Source: Yuukianura sp. NJ FZ-2021 (Eukaryota). Taken from it: DNA of 64,000 nt. Below, piece by piece: positions 47,401-61,196 of the stretch; the stretch's first letter is position 1, and the number at the start of each line of letters is the position of its first letter. A program made the translations under genes and the position numbers. The stretch covers positions 8,618,001 to 8,682,000 of the forward strand of contig CM102286.1 in the NCBI GenBank assembly GCA_046563655.1. Reading direction: 5' to 3'. The notes beneath the pieces were generated by a model. The model did not search any database, was not told where the DNA came from, and saw only the letters and a program-made list of their open reading frames with translations.

Positions 47401-50400
47401 TTGACCGTGAAAGTGGTAAGAAAATGGAATGGGATTCTGTCATCCCCGATTCCATTTTCGAGGGGTGGAATGCCTGTCTGGAAGGCATGAGTAAGTTATC
47501 CATCCTGAAAATACCAAGGTTAATTGAAGAAGCCAGAACAAGAAGTACACCTATTTTTATTTTATTTAATTTTCTAATTCTGTTACCCAGGAGATTTTGG
47601 GAACGGATTGAAAAATAACATTCACGTACCACGCACAACACGCAAAACCCTTTACTTTTGGAGTACGGGGGTTTTCTATTTTACAAAATGGTAACAAAAT
47701 TTTGAAGCTTGTTTCGAAACGTAAGCATTGAATTTATGTGGAGCGGGCCAAAACAAGACAGCAAGAACAAGGACGTAGCTGGCAATATTGTGGAAATAAT
47801 TGGGGTGAAAGCAATAATGTCGCAATAAAGTCGCAGGAAGCATGCCTAAGAGAAAAAGATCGAAAAGTAGTAAGATCGCAAGTGCATGCGTCGCAATATG
47901 AAAAGGTCTGCATGTGAAATGGTCGCAATAGAAGCTGGTCGAAACGTAAATATTGAAAAGTAAAACCAATCAGAAAAAACTCTGAATTTGGAGAAAAAAA
48001 ATCAGATAGCCCGAGAGTTTAAACGCCGTGAAATAGAGTAACCTAAGCCGGAACGAATCGTCCAAATGGCAAACCTAGTAATATATTAATCTAGCGAAAA
48101 TCTCAGATGTTGCCAAACGCGAATTTGGAAGAAAATGTTAAACCGATGTCTGCGGGGGTTAAGGAAGGCAACGCAATTATTGTGAAAACATTTCCGGTCG
48201 CACGTGAAATTTGGCGCCGCTGGTAGAGAATGGCGACATCAGCGAATTTCGTCGCAGCAAGCGCAAGAGCATTATGGAACTGCATGATCTGTTGTTATAT
48301 TTATTGTAGTAAAATCTTACTTCACGAATGACTACTTTCGCAATACGTTATGTGATATCGGATAAGCATACGACCAAAAATCGGCGACGAAATTCGCCCA
48401 TTATCGCGCTGAACGGTGTGACCATCAAATTTGCTATATAAATTTATAAACTTTAAACATGAGCTATATATATTTTAATAGATGTTGCCTCGCGAATGGC
48501 CACATTCTTAACGCGAAATTGCGGATGGGAGCGAGAAAAGTGTCATAATTCCACATGTGTCGCGTGACTTCAGCTGGCAATAAAATCTGATTCTCGTGAA
48601 AATGTTGCCATTCACTACACGCAATGCCAACTTTCGACTGCGACTGGAAATGACGTCGCGGTTCTATAGTTGTCCAAAATTCGTGAATGTCGCGATGTGA
48701 AATTTTCAACACCTGCTAAAAACCCAGATTTCCCTTTTTCGGTGATCTCTGTTTTGTCAAAAATGTCAAAAACCCATTTTTTACTGGATAGTAGAACCTT
48801 TTGTCAGGCAGGCAGTGAAAAACTCTGATCTCAAAATTCAAAATTTCATAATTCAAAATTTTGATTAAACTTTTGCGGTGGAACGATTCGTCCACGTTAG
48901 GTGAAGACGGGTTCCCTTTCATTCGGACATTCCCCTCCTTTGGGTGACGTAATTTGTGAACTGTAGTTTTTCGAAACAAAATTTCGGTTCAAACCAAGAT
49001 GCACCAAAAAATAAACAATTAAATTTTGAGAAATAAAAATAGGTGTACTTCTTGTTCTGGCTTCTTCAATTGTGTGTCATAACTTGTACGAATTCCATGG
49101 CTTCTGTGATGCGTCCGAAAGGGCGTATGGAGCAGTAATTTACTTGCGTTCCTTTAGTTCACCAATTTCAGTCCGACTTGTAGCCGCTAAGACGAAAGTG
49201 GCACCTCTCAAGGCCCAAAGTCTCCCAAGATTGGAATTATGTGGTGCCTTACTCTTATCCAGACTAATGACCGCGGTGGTGACAGCGACTGAGCTACAGT
49301 GTCCAATACACTGTTGGAGTGACAGCGAAATTGTGCTGAAATGGATCTCCTCACCATCACGTAGGTATGCTAATTTTGTTGCCAACAGAGTTTCAGAGAT
49401 ACAGCAGGCAGTCCCATGGAGTCGTTCCATTTCGTTCCTGGAATAATCAATCCAGCAGACTGTGCCAGTCGTGGTATGTCTGTAGAAGAATTGGCGACAT
49501 TTGACTTGTGGTGGACTGGTCCTGACTTTCTACGCCTACCAGGAATCATTAACTTCCAATTTGAAAAGGAAATTGACAAGGAGAAACTGGAGGAGCGTAA
49601 GACAATATTGGTTGCTCATAATGATTTATTTAAGTCCATTTTAGACAGGTTCTCAAGTACTGGAAAGCTCATCCGTGTCATGGGATACGTGTTGAGAGTC
49701 TTTGCCAGAGATAAGAAGCCGAAACTCTTGCCATTGTCAGCTGATGAGTTGCAGATTGCACTGGAGAAGTGTATTTGGCTCAGTCAGTCTCGGAACTTTG
49801 AAGTGGAGATTGATCGGCTCAAGAGAGGAAAGAAGGTAAAAGTGTCAAGTCGAATTGTGTCACTTAATCCTTTTTTAGATTCCAATGGACATTTAAGAGT
49901 CGGTGGGAGACTCCAGAAGGCACTGGTAAACGACAGTGTCAAACATCAATTCATTTTGGATGGAAGATCCAACTTCGTGAAGCGCCTTGTGGAACATTAC
50001 CACAACAAGTTACATCATGCTGGAGCGATGCTGCTGACATCTGAGCTCAAGCAACAATTTTGGATCCTAAGGGTGAGAAATTGTGTAAAGTTTGTCTTAA
50101 GATCATGTGTTAGGTGCAAACGGATTCGTGGAGTTGCTTGGAAGCAACTAATGGGTAATCTCCCGGAGGCCAGAGTCCGTCCAGCAGCAGTCTTTGAAAG
50201 AACTGGCGTTGATTACTGTGGACCATTCAAACTCCAATCGATTGGCGGAAGAGGAATGAAGCAATTCAAAGCGTACATTTCCGTCTTCGTCTGTTTCGTT
50301 GTGAAAGCAATTCACGTGGAGGTGGTCACTGACTTGTCAACTGAAGGATTCCTAGGAGCCTTCAAACGATTCATTGCCAGGAGGGGTAAACCAATTCACA

Positions 50401-51170
50401 TGTATTCGGATTGTGGTAGTAACTTCGTTGGCATGGACAATGAGTTACGTAATTTAATCTCATCTGAGGAATTTAACCATGATCTTTACGAGACTTTAGC
50501 AAACGATGGGGTTACATGGCACTTTAACCCACCTGAGGCTCCACATCAAGGTGGATTGTGGGAGTCCGCGGTAAAAAGTGTGAAATTCCATTTGAAATCA
50601 ATAATTGGTTGTGACATGTTAACGCTTTCTGAGTTTGACACAGTTTTGTGTCAGGTGGAAGCTATTCTTAATTCCAGGCCCTTATGTGAACTGACTGAAG
50701 ACCCTGATGATCTAGAGGCACTTACTCCTGCTCATTTTCTCATTGGACGTTCGTTAGTTGCCATTCCACAAAAGAACTACGAAGAGATTCCCATGAATCG
50801 TTTGTCCAGATGGGAACGGCAGGAAAGAATCAGCCAAACATTCTGGAGAAGATGGACAAAGGAGTACTTGGCTGCATTACAGCAACGTGTGAAGTGGCAA
50901 CGGCCCATTGAAAACATCAAAGTTGGCGATTTGGTAGCAATTGTGGACGAGGATTTACCCACACTGAAGTGGAAGTTAGCCCGTGTCATTGAAATTCATC
51001 CTGGAGAAGATGGATTAGTTCGTGTCGTCACATTGAAATCAGCAACTGGAGTCTACACTCGTCCAGTAGTGAAAGTCGTCCCTCTGCTGAAATCTACTGA
51101 ATTGGAACCATCAGCTGAACATTTAATCTGGATCCAGCAACGTGAATCCAAGATACGTAACAAAGAATAA
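44408..51170 (+). pseudogene. BEL/Pao gag-pol polyprotein, disrupted
   Basis: KLPKLELPTFNG gag motif, three Cys/His knuckles, FLDSGSEAS protease, YVDD RT, HGFCDAS RNase H, integrase GVDYCGP/SDCGSNF/GGLWE; frameshifts near 45200 and 49420, stop at 45611, insertion at 47526. Confidence 0.92.
47526..49067. mobile_element. Non-autonomous TIR element with 4-bp AATT TSD (Sola-like) inside BEL pol
   Basis: TIR GAAGAAGCCAGAACAAGAAGTACACCTATTTTTATT at both ends; removal restores [21 protein letters not shown]. Confidence 0.85.
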
Positions 51171-53119
51171 AACTAGTTACTTTTAATCTTTTAATCATAG
51201 GATATGAACATTCAATAATTTTAAGTTTAGTTTGTAAGTCAGGGACTTGCCAATTTTAAATACTAATTTCACTTTCTTTTATTTTTGATTTCCAGCTGCA
51301 GCAGAAAGCAAATCGACATGTCGGATTTTGGTTTTCTTTACTCCTTCAGGGAGACGGACTTGACAGTGACAGTTGCTTCAAATCATTTCAAATCTTCTTG
51401 CCTCAGTGAAGGTTCATTCGCAAATTGAGCTTACCCTTAGTTCTGACGGGGAAGGGAGTGCTTCTGGCTTCCTTATTAGCTCACCCGATCACTGAGGTCC
51501 CATTCTGTTTCATTTCTGTTTAGCAAATGTCAAGTGTCATGGTCCTTAATTTAATTTTAATTTCTGGAATGACAGAGTGACTCTGTCATTGCCGGGCGGC
51601 ATGTTCGGGAATTTGCTTCCTGTTTGGCAGACAGGAATTAGGCTACTAAGTTTAGTCTAACTTTAACTTTAGAATTGCTCTGGAAGAGATGAGAATGAAA
51701 GTGAAAGGGTTAGATTTACTTTTAGTGCTATTTACATTTACTTTGATCCACTTGTGTGGAGTGAGAAAGGGTTAAGCGTGAATCTGGTTCTGCATGCAAT
51801 TTACTACTGTAAGGACCTGCGCAGTGAGATAGTACAGTAAGTGTAATTTCCAAGTAACCGCTCTATTCACATTGCTATAGTGTAAGTCGCCGCTCTTTGG
51901 TGTATTTTTACTAATAGCATAAGCAAGGAGGAGTGTTCCTCCACTATATTCATTCATACAACAGTCTTCGTTTCATCTTCCTACTGTAAGGTATTCTCTT
52001 CTAATGAGTCATTGAGCAGCCATCTTCACTTTTCCTTACTTTCATCTTTTACCAATTACTAATTAGTCAAAATAAACACTAAATCAAATCCACTTGACGT
52101 CAGAGCGGTCATCGATTATTTAGAACCACAAACATCAAGCATTCTACAGTTCAAATACCCTCATTGCTTGCAGTGTCGGAAGGTACAAATGTATCCATCC
52201 GGTGGGTACAATGGGTGGGGCCAATTACAGCGGCGCGAAAATTGGAAAGGGTGGGTGTGTTCAATCGTTGCGCCCAAGTTTACCTCGACCAAAGGTGGCG
52301 ATGAGTCGAATTTATTGTTTTGAAACTATATAGTAAAACCGAATATTTTCAGTGACGATTGCATTGTAAGACATATCGTAGTTTTCAGAAGTAGTTCCCG
52401 AGTTCTTTTTACTTTTTTTTGAATCTCTCGGCGCGAAAGTGAAAAAGTGAGAGCCAACTCAACTAAACTTGAGTCGGTTAAATGAGAACAAGATCCTGTG
52501 ATCTCGCTGTTTCGACAATCTCGATCCAAAGTCTTATTTAACGTTTAATTAGTACCGATTAACTAATTGAAATTTTATAAGCTATAATTGAATTGACCCT
52601 GAATCAATACCTAACCATCTCCTACTTGTCCACCACCTGGATCCTGACTGACAGTCAACCCCCCTGAAGTTATGAGCATCATAAGCCCTCATATTGGTAT
52701 TGGTAAAGTTTCAGTTAATGATTAATTTTACTAAACTTTGTCGGTGGTCATTTTTAACTATCAACAAACTGCACTTCGTCACTTGAAACAACTTGGAGTC
52801 TACAGAAGAAGTCTTCCTGGAAACACCGATACCACTTTTGCCAGTGCTCGGGAGGTAAACGATCAAATTTTTGCTACTTTTCGTTCAGTACGCATTTTTG
52901 GACAGATTCACGCCTCAGCTGCTTTGTATCGGTAGACGGGCAAATATAATCATCGTACATCATTCAGAAGTAAGAGCTCTATCCAAACCATCAATAGCCA
53001 TAACTGATCTGACCCCGTTAACAGTGAATTAATCGGTTAACGCATCACATCTGAAATATCCTTGTATCTGAGGAATAGTCACCCCCAACACCTTTTCTGA
53101 CATCCCGATTCAGGGAACC

Positions 53120-53690
53120 CAGGCCCTTTTCGATTACACAAAAATTGTAATCGGTTACAGATTACAGATTACATTTCCAAATTGTGTAATCAATTACATC
53201 GTTCGATTACGATTACTGGAGGGTGTAATCGTATTCGAAAGTTTGTAATCTGTAATTGTAATCGTAATCCCGTGCAGTTTCGATTACATTTCTTCGATTA
53301 CATTTTATTATGAAAAATTCGACCAAATCCTGCTCTGTCCGCAGAATAAGGACTGATAAGTAATGAATGAGTTATGAAATTGAATTCAAAACAGTCCGAA
53401 TCTTAACGGTTGGCGAGCTATGAAGTATTTCATGCGTTTCATTGTGTAAAAACAGCATTTTTACATAGAAAACGCGTCTGTTTCTAATTTTTTTTTGTAA
53501 TCCAAGTAATCGAACTCATTGACAGTGGAATTCGATTACGATTACGATTACCTATGCCAAAAAATTGCAATCGAATACACCGTTCGATTTCGATTACACC
53601 AGGTATTTCGATTACGATTGCAGATTAGTAATCTGTAATCGTAATCTGTGTAATCCTGCAATCGAAACCCCTGTAATCGAAAAGGGCCTG
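53120..53690. mobile_element. hAT-type MITE
   Basis: TIR CAGGCCCTTTTCGATTAC, perfect 8-bp TSD AGGGAACC, GATTAC/GTAATC subterminal repeats. Confidence 0.92.
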
Positions 53691-53829
53691 AGGGAACCCT
53701 GCCTAATCCTCCGACAACCTAAAATCCCGATTCTGGGAACACTATCTAATCCTCCGACAAGCAGATATCTCATCTTCTCAATCCTCGCATCCCGCGTTTA
53801 AATCTCCGATTCAGGAGTTACCTTGAAAA

Positions 53830-54115
53830 TTTCCAATTTAAGGAATTCTCACTTCAGAGATCTGTCAAAAACAATTTCCAATTAAGGAATACTCGCTGCA
53901 GAGATTTGTCAAAAACAATTTCCAATTAAGGAATTCTCGCTTCAGAGATTTGTCAAAAACAATTTCGAATTAAGGAATTCTCGCTTCAGAGATTTGTCAA
54001 AAACAATTTCCAATTAAGGAATTCTCGCTTCAGAGATTTGTCAAAAACAATTTCCAATTAAGGAATTCTCGATTCAGAGATTTGTCAAACAATTTCCAAT
54101 TAAGGAATTCTCGCT
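53830..54115. repeat. 44-bp tandem repeat in the LINE 5' region
   Basis: TTCCAATTAAGGAATTCTCGCTTCAGAGATTTGTCAAAAACAAT about six times. Confidence 0.9.
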
Positions 54116-54183
54116 AAAGAGAGAACTAGACGACTTCCACTACTGTTCTGCTTTGGAACTCTGATCTCGGCCAATACAGCAAG

Positions 54184-55622
54184 GTGATGCCAATCTCACG
54201 ATCCCCCACTTCCCAGAAGATGTCCCAAACGACTCTGCCGTTCACCCCACAAAACAAAGGAAGTAAGCGAGCTGCCGAGTCGGATCCAAACGCTGGAATC
54301 GAACCATCTTCAAAAAGATCAAACTTCTCGAACGACGATATGATGGAGGCTATAACAAAAATGTTTGGAAATATCGAAAAAAAATCGAAAAAATCGATAC
54401 AAAAATCGAGAACGTAGAAGCAAAGATTGACACGAGGTGTGACTCAATCGAACTCAAACTCGAGAAATACCAAGAACAAATTGAAGAACTACAAACGAAA
54501 CCCGAGATGCAACAAAAAGAAATTGATAAACTGAAAAAACTCAACTCCCGACTAACTGACGAACTTAGGCAAAACAACGTTCTGATCCACGGACTCCCAG
54601 AAGCTACAAGTGAAAACACAAAGAACATTACCAACGACTTCTTCCACCATTACCAAGTTCGTGTCGATGTAGAAGATGCTGTTAGGATCGGAAAATTCAA
54701 CGCTTCGTCAGATAAACCGCGTCCAATTAAAGTGCGCATCTCTACCTACGCGCAACGTATGCAAGCCCTCCAACTGCGGAAGACACTCATTCAAAACAGG
54801 GATGTCTACTCTATCACTGAAGATCTAACCGCTGAAACCAGAATGGAAAGGCAAAAGAGCTGGGAATTACGACAAAATGTTCAAGGTAGTCGCCTCCGCG
54901 CACCTGCTCCATCGACTATTGCAGTTGGTAAAACCTTCGCTTCTGCCACGCGATCCTCCTTCCCAACCCCTAAATGAGAACACGGCCGCCCTATCAACGC
55001 ACTCCAGACAAACCAGACTCAAAATTTCGATACATCATCATGCAGCGACCACAATTTAAAAAACATGACAATATTTTACTTGAATGCAAAAAGTGTAAAC
55101 AACCTAGGACCAACCATCTGGAATGAATTCCTCTCACTTAAGCCCTCTATATTCTGTTTCTCTGAATCAATGCAATGGGAAAATTACAAAAACCACAAAC
55201 TACAACAGTCTTACTCTATCCATCAAATCCCTGCCAAAAAGAAGAGCCAAGGACGTCCATACGGCGGGTTTATTTTTGGTTGGCACAATTCATTCGTCCC
55301 TAAAGTAACAGTTCTGTCTACAACTGATCACTCAATCCAACTACACATTCAGGACCGTACACCACATTCCCAGCTCTTATTCACCTACACTCCACCAGAC
55401 AAGGCCAATCAAAGACTAGTATCAGAATCTCTCCAATTTGCCAAATTCACCAACATTCTGGTGCTGATAATGGGGGACCTCAACTCGAGGACGGGCGAAA
55501 GAAACTCCACACCACTAATAAAAAGGACAAGCAAGGACACATTGGTAAATGGAAACGGTAGAAACCTAAGTAGAGTGATATCCACCCAAACGGAACCACT
55601 TATCATAGCTCACGATGACTGA
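54184..55622 (+). mobile_element. 3'-truncated LINE (CR1/L2-type ORF1, frameshifted near 54380, and APE endonuclease start of ORF2)
   Basis: ORF1 coiled coil plus RQNNVLIHGLPE, RIGK, PRPIKV, ITEDLT; ORF2 IFYLNAKS, FCFSES, MGDLNSR, NGNGR; no RT. Confidence 0.85.
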
Positions 55623-55710
55623 GGACCTATGCGCCAAAAATGTCAACAAGGATGAATGTTAATGAATGAAAAACAGCGACAAAAATGTCGACAACCAAAA
55701 AGTTTAGTTG

Positions 55711-55894
55711 ATTGAATGGCTTCGCGGAAAAAGGGTTAACTAGAATTTGGTTTTGCTGTTTCCAAGGGATACCAAGATCTAGAATTCTATTTCAAGGCTA
55801 AAGTGCATGCACTTTTTTTTGTTGATAAATAAGTTTTTGAAAATGAAATTTTCAACGATTTCGAGTTAACCCTTTTTCCGCGATACCATTCAAT
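55711..55894. repeat. Short inverted repeat / mini-MITE
   Basis: ATTGAATGG..TCGCGGAAAAAGGGTTAACT / AGTTAACCCTTTTTCCGCGA..CCATTCAAT. Confidence 0.65.
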
Positions 55895-56347
55895 TGTCAG
55901 TTAAAGTTAATTGACAAATGTCAATGACCCTGTATGCCCGGAAAAGGTATTGGAATGTGACCCCAACCTTTTTCCGGATTAGGATGTATATTTTTGTACT
56001 TTCCAGAATTTCGTCTTTATACCTACAACGACAAAGTTTAAAAGTTTTCGAGTTGGAACTTTTTAAACTTTTTCGTTTTACGAACAAATATGATATTCTC
56101 AACAGGAAAATTCGGAGAATTTACAAGTCAATGTTATTACTATTTTTGAAGTTCTTGGAAAAATGTCTTCTCTCAAGAAAAACGTTTTTTTTTCTTGAAA
56201 AGTTCTCAAAATAACATTTCTTTAGAAAAAAAAAGCGGTTTTGAAAAATTTCAAAATAGCATTTCAAACGTTGTTCCAAGTAGTACTTAAACAGCGAGTT
56301 TTGAGACTAGCAATCATAAGTTCTGAAACCAGTCTCAATCCGCAACC

Positions 56348-57135
56348 ATGACCGTGGAAGGGTTTCGACCTTATATGGAAGTTTTAACGCCATTTAGTGA
56401 CACGGAAGATGTCATCGGTATCAAGATTGCTGAACACTCAATTCTGCCAGCAGCAGAGGAACTCCCGACCGTGGTCAAAAACTGGTTAAAGCATACATCG
56501 AAGCTGGGAGAATGATGAAGGATCTTCCACATTTTGAAAGAATCATGGCAAGGAACCGCAAGAATGGATTCCTGAAGTTATTCCGAGTTCTAGAAAGACC
56601 ACAGGCATCGGAAATCCAAATAATGAAAGAAAAGCTCGATACGCCACTTCTTCCAATCCACTGCATAAAAAACGAATCAGACCAAGTGTTTCTTATTAGA
56701 AGCGGTGGTCCTCTCACAGTGAACATCAGTGATATTCCACTTCTGGTGGAATCGCTTCTAAAGTGTGTCTGCTTTCCTACTTCTTATCCGGAAAGGAATC
56801 TGGACGAGCATATTCATGAAACAAAGTGTGTTTTCCTCAATAAGCTGCGCAAGGAAGGCCTCAACACTTGCGCCAACAGAATTAAAAACAAGATTGGGAA
56901 AGTCGTAGGAGTGCATCCAGACAAGAAAATTCATCCGTACAAAAGTGAAAAACGAAGTATTTTTCAGCGATTTAATTACTGCTGTCCAATAGTTGATGAT
57001 ACTCTGAAGCCGCGCTATAGGATGCACATAACGGACGTTACCAAAGACCAACAGGAACGCATTAACAAATCAAGGATTGTTTCAGAAGGAGATTTTGGAG
57101 ATGCCAACTTGCCAACATCGAAAATTACCGATTAG
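56348..57135 (+). CDS. Intronless ORF of unknown function (207 aa from 56512; about 260 aa from ATG 56348 if a +1 frameshift near 56480 is corrected), convergent with the ATPase copy
   Basis: Long globular-looking ORF with AATAAA near 57271; no motif recognised. Confidence 0.5.
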
Positions 57136-57332
57136 CGCCATATTACTCTCAAGCCGTCCACATGATTGTTCATCATATTGAAAGAGATCATTCTGCATAT
57201 GACATGTTCTGTTAAACTGAATTTATGTCTATGTATTTAAGCATTTTTTTTGCGATGAGCGTTATGAAATAATAAAGAATTAAATATTTAAATAATTCTT
57301 AAGAAAGAAGAAAGAAATATGCACTTTTCTTT

Positions 57333-58532
57333 GGTTTTGGCAACTCCGTTGGCTTGTCTTCTTCCACGCTTTTCGGCTCAACTTCCAATGCTTTTGTGTT
57401 CTTCGAATCAACTGGCTTATGCGGTTCCACGTGTCATCCATTCTGGAATTGACGAAGAAGGGCATGGGGCATGTGGTTTTGAAGTTCAACCGATGTCCTT
57501 CCACTGTCGAGCTCATCGTTCAGTCGAGTAACTTCTTGCTTCAGCAAAGTTTTTTTGAGTCCCCAACATTTGTTTCAAATGGAATAGTTTCCTTTTTCTG
57601 TTCCATTGTCGGTATCCATAGAGATTTAACCTGTGACGTGTTGGAAGTCAATTTGTCATATTCTGCTTCCTCCAGCACCATGTATGGGCAAGTTTTGTCT
57701 TTCACGTAAACTTTGCACTTTTCAGGAAAAATGTTGTCTCTAATGCGAAATAAATCCTTCTGACGCTGTGTTAAATCTATAAAGAGGTATCCATAGTCTT
57801 TGGACATGCAATTTTTGTACGCAGTCTCCATTGTTGTATTTTTCTTTCCACCATTCATTTGACGGCCCAGGCAAGTCACAATCTGAGAGTCTCGAGGGTT
57901 CTTCATTAGAACCAAGTAATGGCAGTTTGCAGTAATTTCCTTCAAGTTCTTGTGAAAAAAGTTTTGCACAAGAATAATGAGCGATACATTGCGGTGATGA
58001 GATGTTCTAGTGAACGCAGTGCCAACTTCGGATTTTTTCCAACTTCATGCATTAAATCATCCAGCACAACAAGAGACGGTTTATCAGATCCGTCATGCCA
58101 TTTATCCAGGAGCCCTTGGTGAAACTTTATTTGAGGCATGGCATATTTGAGTTGTGCAAACAAATCTGGCTGCAATTCTGTATAACAGTATGTAACACGG
58201 TTGATTGATTCCCCTGTAGACGTCACGATGATTTCATTCCGACACAGGATGATTTCCTGAACCAGAGTACTTTTTCCGCTCTGCGTCATCCCGCTGATGC
58301 ACATCGTAAAAGGAGCACGTAAATGATGATCAAATGTTGCCCCGGATAACTCGTCCATAAACAGCGATGCTTTGACAGGCTCTTCCGACACATATTCGGC
58401 AGGAGTCAAGTGATAAGCAATGTTGTCGTTAACAGGAATGGGGGCTTGCGTAGTCTGGCATGTCGATTTGTGACGTTTAAAGTTATCCGACCGTCCAAAC
58501 TTTTTTGAACAACCTGAACAACTGTATTCCAT
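57333..58532 (-). pseudogene. Frameshifted, C-terminally deleted copy of the zinc-finger plus packaging ATPase gene
   Basis: Same protein as 61197-62924; 1-bp losses near 58035 and 57550; homology stops after ELPKP. Confidence 0.88.
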
Positions 58533-58759
58533 TTTTATAGTCACTACGGCAAGGTGTTTACGGTCTGTGAATCCGTTGTAACTGATTTTCACTCAGCGAG
58601 AAAAAGAGAGATAGAGAGAGAGAATATATCTTGTCCCCTTCTAATCTTTGACTGAATGAATTCTCCATCGGCGTATAGGACTTATACTCCTCCTCATCCT
58701 GCTTCTCAGACAACCCAACAGCACGTTTCAACTCCTCACTCCTCTTCCTCTTCCATCTT

Positions 58760-59060
58760 CTCCTCAGATAACTAAAAGCATACCTATATTCCTCCTCCTC
58801 CTACTCCTCAGATAACTGAAGAGCATGCCTATACTCCTCCTCCTCAAATAGCTCAAGAGAATGCCTATACTCCTCCTCCTCAGATAGCTCAAGAGCATGC
58901 CTATACTCCTCCTCCTCAGATAGCTCAAGAGCATGCCTATACTCCTCCTCCCCAAATAGCTCAAGCGCGTGCCTATACTCCTCCTCCTCAGATAGGTCAA
59001 GAGCATGCCTATACCCCTCCTCCTCGGCCGAAGAGCTTACCTATACTCCCCCTCCTCCTC
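58760..59060. repeat. 36-bp tandem repeat (mirror copy at about 59735-60035)
   Basis: CTCCTCCTCCTCAGATAGCTCAAGAGCATGCCTATA units. Confidence 0.9.
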
Positions 59061-59149
59061 CTCAGTCCACGCGCATGCCATCACCCATTACCTAACCTAA
59101 CCTAGCCTATCCTTACGGCATCCTACTGGAATCATTTTATTCTATTACA

Positions 59150-59400
59150 CTGTACTTCAATCAATTACACTGGAATTTTCTAAAACTGCTTTGTAATTTC
59201 AATCAACTACACTGGACTTTACTCAAGCTGTTTTGTAATTTCAAAAAATTGCACTGGACTTTTCTAAAACTGCTTTGTAATTTCAATCAACTACACTGGA
59301 CTTTACTCAAACTGCTTTGTAATTTCAATCAACTACACTGGACTTTACTCAAACTGTTTTGTAATTTCAACCAATTACACTAGACTTTTCTCAATTGCCG
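59150..59400. repeat. About 42-bp tandem repeat (shorter mirror array at about 59520-59645)
   Basis: CAACTACACTGGACTTTACTCAAACTGCTTTGTAATTTCAAT units; about six left, three right. Confidence 0.85.
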
Positions 59401-60256
59401 TGGTATTTCCACATTAATACGTTGCACTTGCGTAATGCTATGCTTCCCACTTCAGCTACAACGTGCTAACACGAGTTAGCGCGTCCAAACCAAATTTGAC
59501 TTAGGGTGGAAATACCCCGGCAATTGAGAAAAGTCCAGTGCAATTTTTTGAAATTACAAAACAGTTTGAGTAAAGTCCAGTGTAGTTGATTGAAATTACA
59601 AAGCAGTTTTAGAAAATTCCAGTGTAATTGATTGAAGTACAGTGTAATAGAATAAAATGATTCCAGTAGGATGCCGTAAGGATAGGCTAGGTTAGGTTAG
59701 GTAATGGGTGATGGCATGCGCGTGGACTGAGGAGGAGGAGGGGGAGTATAGGTAAGCTCTTCTGCCGAGGAGGAGGGGTATAGGCATGCTCTTGAGCTAT
59801 CTGAAGAGGAGGAGTATAGGCACGCGCTTGAGCTATTTGGGGAGGAGGAGTATAGGCATGCTCTTGAGCTATCTGAGGAGGAGGAGTATAGGCATGCTCT
59901 TGAGCTATCTGAGGAGGAGGAGTATAGGCATTCTCTTGAGCTATTTGAGGAGGAGGAGTATAGGCATGCTCTTCAGTTATCCGAGGAGGAGGGGAGGAGG
60001 AGGAGTATAGGCATGCTTTTAGTTATCTGAGGAGAAGATGGAAGAGGAAGAGGAGTGAGGAGTTGAAACGTGCTGTTGGGTTGTCTGAGAAGCAGGATGA
60101 GGAGGAGTATAAGTCCTATACGCCGATGGAGAATTCATTCAGTCAAAGATCAAAAGGGGACAAGATATATTCTCTCTCTATCTCTCTTTTTCTCGCTGAG
60201 TGGAAATCAGTTACAACGGATTCACAGACCGTAAACACCTTGCCGTAGTGACTATA

Positions 60257-61194
60257 AACAAGGTAGGGCGATGCTCAAGGGTTGAGCATAGGTCTTCTGG
60301 AGGGAGTTGACAATTGATACGACATGTAGACCGGCCTACCGCAAAACTGTAGACGAACTGAGAAACCGTTTTCATGGAATTGAAGCTCTAAAACGTTGCT
60401 AAAAATTTTCAGTGCAAATATGAGATCCTATTTTGTGCATGAGTTGCACCAACATTGTCTTGACAATTTTACCGGTTATTTAAACCAAAATCATGTTAAA
60501 GCTTTGAGGCCCAAAATACCTGCTCTGAATTGTTGTTAAATTGGTGTGCACAAAATGCACAAAATTGAACGCTTAGAAGGAGTCAAATATCATTCTTGAT
60601 TGATGTTCTTAATTTGTTGAAGAAGATGCACATAATGCATTGTCGATGTTGTCATGGCAATGCTCAGGGTAGTTCTCAAACCTACACAAACCTTCAATTG
60701 TGTGCATCATGCACAAAATTGACGTTGATAGGAATAGTCGAAAGTGGTTTCTTTAAAATCAAAACCAAAAATTCCTTGTGAATGCAATTTTGACCCATTT
60801 CATTCACTATTCACATATTAAACATTTAAGCCGGATTTTCTACCCTCTAACTAGGCTTAAATTAACAACGTAAATTAACATATTGTCGGAAAATGAGCAG
60901 ATCAAAACTTCGTTGTTAAAAAATATTTTGAGTACAATCGAGACCAAAAATGTTTTGCGGAGCCACGATACTGCGGGTACGTAAAGTAGCCGCATACTTT
61001 GGCGTTGTTAATGTACGACTTTAAGTGAAATGTAGAGCTAATGAAAATACTTGAGCCATACATAACCCCCCGACTGCGATGTGGCTAATGTTTCAGTGGG
61101 AAGAGTCCTAAAAAACGTTACAGACGGACAGACGGACAAAGTCGTATCAATAGTCTTCTTCAGCACGTCGTAGACGTGCGTCTCCAGAAGACTA
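60257..61194 (+). mobile_element. HINE/DINE-1-like element inserted directly before the ATPase start codon
   Basis: Same termini as 39844-40909; the empty site GACTATAAAAATGG is present in the left palindrome arm. Confidence 0.85.
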
Positions 61195-61196
61195 AA

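Larger units (their letters stand above)
43656..52153 (+). mobile_element. Full-length decayed BEL/Pao LTR retrotransposon
   Basis: LTRs 43656-44205 and 51602-52153 (TGTT...TTCA, a few percent diverged); 5-bp TSD AATAC; tRNA-Tyr-type PBS TGGTCCTTCGAG. Confidence 0.95.

Noticed and set aside
51290..51430. Possible small spliced ORF after BEL pol
   Set aside because: Only about 36 codons in a decayed element; nothing beyond an acceptor-like site supports it
53830..54115. 44-bp repeats as a CRISPR array
   Set aside because: Head-to-tail with no unique spacers
59088..59106. (TAACC)n as a true telomere or chromosome fusion point
   Set aside because: Only about three units, not at the palindrome centre; such runs are common inside arthropod transposons
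58764..60010. LLSYLRRRSIGM repeat ORFs
   Set aside because: Translations of the 36-bp repeat with no independent coding support
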